64,000 bases of DNA from Escherichia phage SP15, in the sequence record AP019559; one strand, written 5' to 3'. Below, piece after piece: positions 58,574 to 64,000 of the stretch (the stretch's first letter is position 1; every line of letters begins with the position of its first letter). The position numbers and the translations under genes were made by a program. Below the pieces are notes generated by a model, which saw nothing but the letters and a program-made list of their open reading frames with translations, made no database searches and was not told the DNA's origin.

Positions 58574-59890
58574 TTATTTACCACGGGAAATAGAGTAAAT
58601 TCCATAGCGGAGCGCATCACAAAGGTGAGAGTTAGCATCATGACGTGGTTTTTCACGCGATAATTTCTCTTCGCCTTCTTGGAAGTCCCACTTATAGTTC
58701 TGCAATGCATGAATTAAGGAGGAACATGAGGCATCTACAATAATCTTGCCCTGCTGGAATAGCGCTTGCAAGCATGCTAGACCATCTAGGACAGATTTTT
58801 TAGCTGGAGCCGATGCAATTTCATGCTCATAAGCTAAGTCTTGACGGAACTGAGCTGCCGCGGAGTCAACAAAAATACGATCAACTTTATAACGATCTAT
58901 ACAGTGCTGAATATAAGCAGCATGCTGAGCTGTAGTTTTCTCCGCCTGCTGGTACTCTTCTAACACATAGTAAGTATCCGTATCGTAATGATATTTAATA
59001 GTAAGAACTGCTGTAGGATCACGATAACCAACGTCAATACCAAGCAACGTTTCGAATGCTTCATCATCTTTAAAGAAGTGACGCATACCTTTGAGATCTT
59101 TAACATGATCTATAGCATTGAAAGTATCAAATATCTGCCCTTCGAATACAGAGAAGTCAGCCTCGTATTCTTGGCGGAAATAGTTTTTACTAACTGTACG
59201 ACGTGCTTCCTCAATATCATTCAAATCAGCACGTGGGTTATCACGATATGTACCATGAATAGACACCCAGTTAGGTAATGTATCATCAAATCCATAGGCG
59301 TAAAACTCTTTAAACCAGTTACCCCCACGAGGGGTGGAAATAAATAGAGCCTTAGAATTAGGTTTATCTAGAGTAGGACGCAGCTGAACCCTGAAGGCAT
59401 CACCACCCACATCGGAAATTGCCGCCTCGTCAAAGATGATAAAATCATATGAACGTCCAACTGCGGAGTCAGCCTGAGCCGCGGAAGCTAGTTTAAATAG
59501 GGAACCGTTTGCCAGCTCAATCTCTTTATCTTTAGCATTCTCACGTTCTGTTTGCAACCCATACTTCTTAATAAGACCACGAATCTGAGACCATCCGATA
59601 TTAGCCAGTGAGTAGTTAGGGGCGACTACTAGTACCTTCACATTGGGTTCCAGCAATTTTAGGAACCCAAGTGTATACGCTATAAAAGATTTACCTACAC
59701 GGCGTGATACACACGCCGTTACAAAACGATGTCTAGGGTCTTCTAGGGCATTGATAATTGCTATTTGAGGGCCATTAGGTGTAATACCCTCTTGTGCTAG
59801 TATTCCGGAAACAGGTAAACGAAAGAAACGCTTATCTATTCCGAAATCAATAACATCTACTGTATTAACGTAGGGTCTTGATACTTCCAT
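58574..59890 (-). CDS. Terminase large subunit
   Basis: 438 aa; ATPase Walker A-like RVGKSF, Walker B IIFDEAA, C-terminal nuclease domain. Confidence 0.85.
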   Translation of the reverse strand: MEVSRPYVNTVDVIDFGIDKRFFRLPVSGILAQEGITPNGPQIAIINALEDPRHRFVTACVSRRVGKSFIAYTLGFLKLLEPNVKVLVVAPNYSLANIGWSQIRGLIKKYGLQTERENAKDKEIELANGSLFKLASAAQADSAVGRSYDFIIFDEAAISDVGGDAFRVQLRPTLDKPNSKALFISTPRGGNWFKEFYAYGFDDTLPNWVSIHGTYRDNPRADLNDIEEARRTVSKNYFRQEYEADFSVFEGQIFDTFNAIDHVKDLKGMRHFFKDDEAFETLLGIDVGYRDPTAVLTIKYHYDTDTYYVLEEYQQAEKTTAQHAAYIQHCIDRYKVDRIFVDSAAAQFRQDLAYEHEIASAPAKKSVLDGLACLQALFQQGKIIVDASCSSLIHALQNYKWDFQEGEEKLSREKPRHDANSHLCDALRYGIYSISRGK

Positions 59891-60372
59891 TACTTCTTAC
59901 CTCCAGTAGCTAGGGAAGTAATTAAGTCCATGTAGTTTTGATCCCCAGCTCCAGCAATAATGTTATTCTGGATATTAGTCTGATTAGCAGGAGCTCGAAC
60001 GGCAGCTTTAGCTTTTTCTAACTCCACCATCATTTTCATTTCTTCCATCTTCATTTTGTGAGCTTTCCATAGAATATCCATAATATCTTGGTCAGAACCC
60101 ATGCCAGTTTCTTCTAGCTCTTCTAGCTTACGCTTAATAACTTCATCTAGAACACCGAACAAACGATCTCTATTACGGAATCCACTCTCCATAAAAATAT
60201 CGTTTAAGTAGTTCTTAACTTCACTACGATTCATAATATCTCGGAAAGCAATTTCGGACATTCCAAGACTACGTGCGGCAGAAGGCACATCGCTGCCACA
60301 CTGTAAATAAGCTTCAATCACATCCATCCCTTCAGGGGACATAAGATCTGGTACTAATACATCATTTGCCAT
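59890..60372 (-). CDS. Terminase small subunit
   Basis: 160 aa immediately upstream of large subunit, strong RBS AGGAGG. Confidence 0.6.
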   Translation of the reverse strand: MANDVLVPDLMSPEGMDVIEAYLQCGSDVPSAARSLGMSEIAFRDIMNRSEVKNYLNDIFMESGFRNRDRLFGVLDEVIKRKLEELEETGMGSDQDIMDILWKAHKMKMEEMKMMVELEKAKAAVRAPANQTNIQNNIIAGAGDQNYMDLITSLATGGKK

Positions 60373-60382
60373 ATTTCCTCCT

Positions 60383-62305
60383 TTAGGTAAGGCGTTGAAT
60401 TATAAGTTTAATATTTGGTAAGCATGCTTTCATGCCAATTATATTGCTCATAGAGGATTCTAACCAAATAGAGATATTATTATTTCCATCATTTCTCATA
60501 TAGTATGTTAGAGTATAGTAACCCGTTTGACCTACGGATCCTGGCAACCCAGATACCCAGTATGGAGTTGGAGTATACCCAGCAGCCTGTAATTTACAAG
60601 CATTTACTACAGTACCTTTAATAGTAAAAAATGGTACATATTCTCCTGCAGGTAGGGACAATATTTGGTGAAGTTTTTTATCAATAGTATTGCCACCCAT
60701 TCTAAACCTACTATCGCCATATTCAGCGCCTTTAGATAGCATTTCCGTAGGATTAAAGCAGCCAATACCTCCTGCAGACAACCATGTGTCATCTAGGAAC
60801 TCCATAGTACATACAATTGCACCATTTCTACTACTATTAAGATCTAGTCCCACGGTACCAACATGCACGGAACCATTACCCTGAAATACTATGTTACCAG
60901 ATAGTACAGTACTTCCGCTACCACCTAGAAGTCTTAAAGGTAGAAGATTTTCACTCCAAACGTCCCCATAATTACTCCCTATTTTTGGAGGATTACTAGA
61001 AACATACCAAGATGCTGAAGGTAAAAAGTTATAAATACTAACTACATTAGTATTTAAACCACCAACGTTACCACCCTTAATACTTGGTGCGTTATTGCTT
61101 TCTGTGGTTGGTAGTCCAAATGTTGCTATGCCAGAGATCCCAGTAGAGGGGCCACCCATACTCAAGTTACACCCAACATCACGAAAATCAGCTCTGCTCC
61201 CTACATTAAAGTTTTTCTCAACAAAGTTAATAAACTTCCACGACGTATTATTAACGTTAACCCCTTTAATAATAAATTCTCTTGGACTAAGTTTAATATC
61301 ATTGCCAGTAAATAGCCCACTATCGATACTGTATCCTGAGCCATTGTATACTAGATTGGTAACATACCAAGTAATTTTAGATGGATAAATACCGAGGTGC
61401 TCACTATATATACCTATGGGCCCATTAGCAGCATCATTCGGATCACCCATACTTTCCCAATACGCATAGTTAGTGGGATCAGCACGTGCGAAACCTACAG
61501 AGTACTTAGGAGCCGAGGGATTGCTAGGATTAGACATAAAGTTAAGAGCCCCTGAACTCGACGCCCCATGTACAGCTCCAGCAGTGGTGTAGTTGGGCCC
61601 TTCCATACCATAAAGAACTCTATTACAAGACCTACCACGAACATATATGGCGTTAAATCCAAAGTTTCTAGCTCCGGGATGCCTAACGTAGTCGCTAGGG
61701 ATAGTTAGAGTTCCTGAATCCGGCACTACATATCCTGAACCATCCCAGGCAGACTTATAAAGAGCGGCACCTCCTAAATACATTGCACTAGATGCAAACC
61801 CTCTACGCCCACTAAAGGCGCCAAACATATGCTGACATCCAGTACCGTCTCTTAATTTCTGGGGGATAGTTCCACTAGTACCACTATTAAAATAGCCCAC
61901 ATCAAGAGATAGATCAGCACTAGCTGTTATTTGTGTTTTTAAACCACCTTGAGACATGACCTGCGGATTTATAATTCCATACGCTTTAGCCCCTACCCCC
62001 ATAGACATGCCAGATAACATATGTCTAGAGCCATCAGAAAACTCAATTTCTGTTAGCACAACTCTATTGGGGTCATTATTATGTAACTGGGTAATTCTGC
62101 TAGGCATATCAGACCAGTAGTAATCTCCAGCACCTTGATCTAGCCTCAACCCTGTGGAGTGAGTTTCTGTTATGATAACATGGGGCATATCTGAATGGAA
62201 TATGGTCTGAGAGTCAGGATTAATATGTTGATTAGTATCTCCGCCACTACCCCTTCGCAGTGAGAGTATAGATTTGTTATTTAGCTTACCAGCGAAAAAA
62301 CTCAT
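60383..62305 (-). CDS. oad: Receptor-binding tail protein pb5-like
   Basis: 640 aa, divergently adjacent to llp-like lipoprotein gene as in T5. Confidence 0.65.
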   Translation of the reverse strand: MSFFAGKLNNKSILSLRRGSGGDTNQHINPDSQTIFHSDMPHVIITETHSTGLRLDQGAGDYYWSDMPSRITQLHNNDPNRVVLTEIEFSDGSRHMLSGMSMGVGAKAYGIINPQVMSQGGLKTQITASADLSLDVGYFNSGTSGTIPQKLRDGTGCQHMFGAFSGRRGFASSAMYLGGAALYKSAWDGSGYVVPDSGTLTIPSDYVRHPGARNFGFNAIYVRGRSCNRVLYGMEGPNYTTAGAVHGASSSGALNFMSNPSNPSAPKYSVGFARADPTNYAYWESMGDPNDAANGPIGIYSEHLGIYPSKITWYVTNLVYNGSGYSIDSGLFTGNDIKLSPREFIIKGVNVNNTSWKFINFVEKNFNVGSRADFRDVGCNLSMGGPSTGISGIATFGLPTTESNNAPSIKGGNVGGLNTNVVSIYNFLPSASWYVSSNPPKIGSNYGDVWSENLLPLRLLGGSGSTVLSGNIVFQGNGSVHVGTVGLDLNSSRNGAIVCTMEFLDDTWLSAGGIGCFNPTEMLSKGAEYGDSRFRMGGNTIDKKLHQILSLPAGEYVPFFTIKGTVVNACKLQAAGYTPTPYWVSGLPGSVGQTGYYTLTYYMRNDGNNNISIWLESSMSNIIGMKACLPNIKLIIQRLT

Positions 62306-62324
62306 AAGTTCTCCAAAAATTTAG

Positions 62325-62353
62325 TTGCTTATACTGCCATAATTCTGTATAAT
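62325..62353 (+). promoter_or_regulatory. T5-type early promoter (TTGCTT, 17 nt, TATAAT) driving llp
   Basis: Consensus hexamers 30 nt upstream of llp RBS AGAGGAG. Confidence 0.6.
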
Positions 62354-62384
62354 AGTATTATAAATTAAATAGAGGAGAATGTAA

Positions 62385-62618
62385 ATGAAAAAATTATTTT
62401 TAGCTCTGGCAGTGGTACTTCTTTCGGCTTGCTCTACTTTTGGGCCTAAAGATATTAAATGTGAGGCCTACTATGTACAAGATCATGTGAAATATAAGGC
62501 TAATGTTTTTGATAGAAAAGGGGATATGTTCCTGGTGGCACCAATCATGGCCTATGGATCTTTCTGGGCTCCAGTAAGCTACTTTACCGAGGGGAATACA
62601 TGTGAAGGAGTTTTCTAA
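62385..62618 (+). CDS. llp: Lytic conversion lipoprotein precursor (Llp-like)
   Basis: 77 aa; signal peptide with lipobox LLSAC; divergent from pb5-like gene. Confidence 0.75.
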   Translation: MKKLFLALAVVLLSACSTFGPKDIKCEAYYVQDHVKYKANVFDRKGDMFLVAPIMAYGSFWAPVSYFTEGNTCEGVF

Positions 62619-62778
62619 GTAAAAACCACCCCAGTAATCATCACCTAAGATGAACCTAGTGCAGAATTAGTTCAGGATGCCACACAAGACACTATGGAAG
62701 GTGTAATGAGAATAGTTACACTAACCACTGCAACTATTAGAATACTTCAAATACCACACTTATAGGAGCATGAAAGAT

Positions 62779-62907
62779 ATGTCAAACAAAAGAAAGAGTA
62801 GACGCGGAGAAGTGTATGAGAGTTGGATAAATAGTTTTGGGTTCGGAACTATCCTATTCTTTATTTTCGTAGGTTTTTGGTTAGCAGCTATGGCGGGGTG
62901 GATTTAA
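62779..62907 (+). CDS. Tiny membrane protein (42 aa, one TM helix)
   Basis: RBS AGGAG; basic N-terminus then hydrophobic helix; below ORF-track length cutoff. Confidence 0.4.
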   Translation: MSNKRKSRRGEVYESWINSFGFGTILFFIFVGFWLAAMAGWI

Positions 62908-63014
62908 TGGAATGGGTAATTATTGCGTTGCTAGGGATTGTGATTATTGGGCAATGTATTTTAGATAATCACTTAGCTAGAATTGAAACTTTACTAACGG
63001 AGAAACGTAAATGA
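62907..63014 (+). CDS. Tiny membrane protein (35 aa, one TM helix)
   Basis: Start overlaps previous stop (TAATG); N-terminal hydrophobic helix. Confidence 0.35.
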   Translation: MEWVIIALLGIVIIGQCILDNHLARIETLLTEKRK

Positions 63015-63205
63015 TGGAAGTAGTAGCTACACTAATAGTAATACTAGTCTGGGCAACTTTCATTGTTTCTTATAACGCGTATGTTCGCCTAAAAACTCTA
63101 GAAGCTCAAGTAAAACAACAACAATTTGCTCTAGAAAAATTAGTAGAACTCCAACGTTGTGATAGTACCCGTATTCTGCAAATTGAGGGGGAATTAGATG
63201 TTTAG
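63011..63205 (+). CDS. Small membrane protein (64 aa), N-terminal TM helix plus coiled-coil tail
   Basis: Start overlaps previous stop (ATGA). Confidence 0.45.
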   Translation: MMEVVATLIVILVWATFIVSYNAYVRLKTLEAQVKQQQFALEKLVELQRCDSTRILQIEGELDV

Positions 63206-63422
63206 TATTATAATTGCTTTTATTATCGGGGTACTTGCGGGAATTTTCGGAATGACTGCGGCTATTAACAAGCATCGTAAGTATACTGCGGAAGTATCGC
63301 GGGAGATTGCGGAAAGGGAGCGGAAGTTTGACGAGAAACGTGCGGAGTTCGAACGAGAGTGGTCGGATGGTTCTCGGGCGTCGCGGAAGAGATTTCGGGC
63401 TAAGGTGAGTGATGAAGAATAA
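63198..63422 (+). CDS. Small membrane protein (74 aa), N-terminal TM helix plus charged tail
   Basis: Overlaps previous ORF end; hydrophobic N-terminus, Arg/Glu-rich C-terminus. Confidence 0.45.
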   Translation: MFSIIIAFIIGVLAGIFGMTAAINKHRKYTAEVSREIAERERKFDEKRAEFEREWSDGSRASRKRFRAKVSDEE

Positions 63423-63948
63423 CTTAAGTATACAGGACATACAAGAAGCATTTGCTTATGATCCCGAAACCGGGGTTATTACCTGGAAAAGTGGTAGTCG
63501 TAAAGGTAAAGAAGCTGGTACTTTAAATAGAGGATATAGGCAGCTTAAGTACAAAGGGTTTAGAGCTTATGCACATCAAATAGCTTTTGTTATTATGGAA
63601 AATAGATGGCCCGAGGAATGCGTTGACCATATTGACAGGAATAAACTAAATAATAGATGGTCAAATCTGCGAGAAGCTACAATTACGGAAAATAATCATA
63701 ACGGTAGAACTTCAAAAACATCCTCGGGCTATCTAAATGTTACGTGGCATAAAGGACTCCAGAAATGGATGGTAAGATTACACGACAAACATGGACTTAT
63801 AAAGGGTACTACTGAGTATTTTTCCTACGATAGATTGGAAGATGCAGTAAATTATGCGAATTTACTAAGAAAGAAATTTCATGGCAGCTTTGCAGTACAA
63901 GAGGCATTCAAAGGGAACATACCAGATGTTGTTCAGTTAAACAGTTAA
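63412..63948 (+). CDS. HNH homing endonuclease with AP2-like domain
   Basis: VDHIDRNKLNNRWSNLREAT and SGYLNVTWH; paralog of 21942-22475. Confidence 0.75.
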   Translation: MKNNLSIQDIQEAFAYDPETGVITWKSGSRKGKEAGTLNRGYRQLKYKGFRAYAHQIAFVIMENRWPEECVDHIDRNKLNNRWSNLREATITENNHNGRTSKTSSGYLNVTWHKGLQKWMVRLHDKHGLIKGTTEYFSYDRLEDAVNYANLLRKKFHGSFAVQEAFKGNIPDVVQLNS

Positions 63949-64000
63949 TTAGCACTAAAATGACTTTTGCCAAATTCTTTGGATTACGTACGCGTGGGTG

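Noticed and set aside
62620-62778. Non-coding stretch after llp as a possible small RNA
   Set aside because: No stable hairpin, promoter or terminator signals recognised; most likely just the 3' UTR of llp and leader of the small membrane-protein genes.

Overview
This window reads as a contiguous block of a T5-like siphophage genome (Demerecviridae-like); I recognise it from recall and motifs only, no database search was run. Three modules are visible. (1) 1-5400, minus strand: nucleotide metabolism (thyA partial, frd, nrdB, nrdA, phoH). (2) 5700-34130, plus strand: early/replication genes (nrdD, a zinc-less Sir2-like protein, HAD hydrolase, small paralog pairs, SF2 helicase, split NAD-dependent ligase, a four-repeat HTH protein, DnaB-like helicase, primase, family A DNA polymerase, D10-like helicase, SbcCD-like nuclease, Hjc-like resolvase, flap endonuclease, dUTPase), driven by reiterated strong sigma70 promoters, one near-identical to the T5 PN25 promoter as I recall it. 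(3) 34186-62305, minus strand: late structural genes (two-gene L-shaped tail fibre locus, collar, pb4, pb3, pb9, tape measure, chaperones, tail tube, completion proteins, major capsid, protease, decoration, portal, terminase, pb5 receptor-binding protein), followed by plus-strand llp, four tiny membrane-protein ORFs and an HNH gene. Most of this is ordinary T5-type content. The points most worth a second look are: a perfect 94-bp tandem duplication that breaks the frame of the proximal tail-fibre gene; a four-repeat sigma-region-4-like HTH protein with host-optimal codons; the Sir2/HAD/small-paralog early cluster; a roughly 440-nt GC-rich non-coding leader before the helicase gene; a translationally coupled chain of tiny membrane proteins next to llp; and a shared motif after late-gene terminators. 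No CRISPR array, tRNA or rRNA was found. I cannot establish that any of these is previously undescribed.
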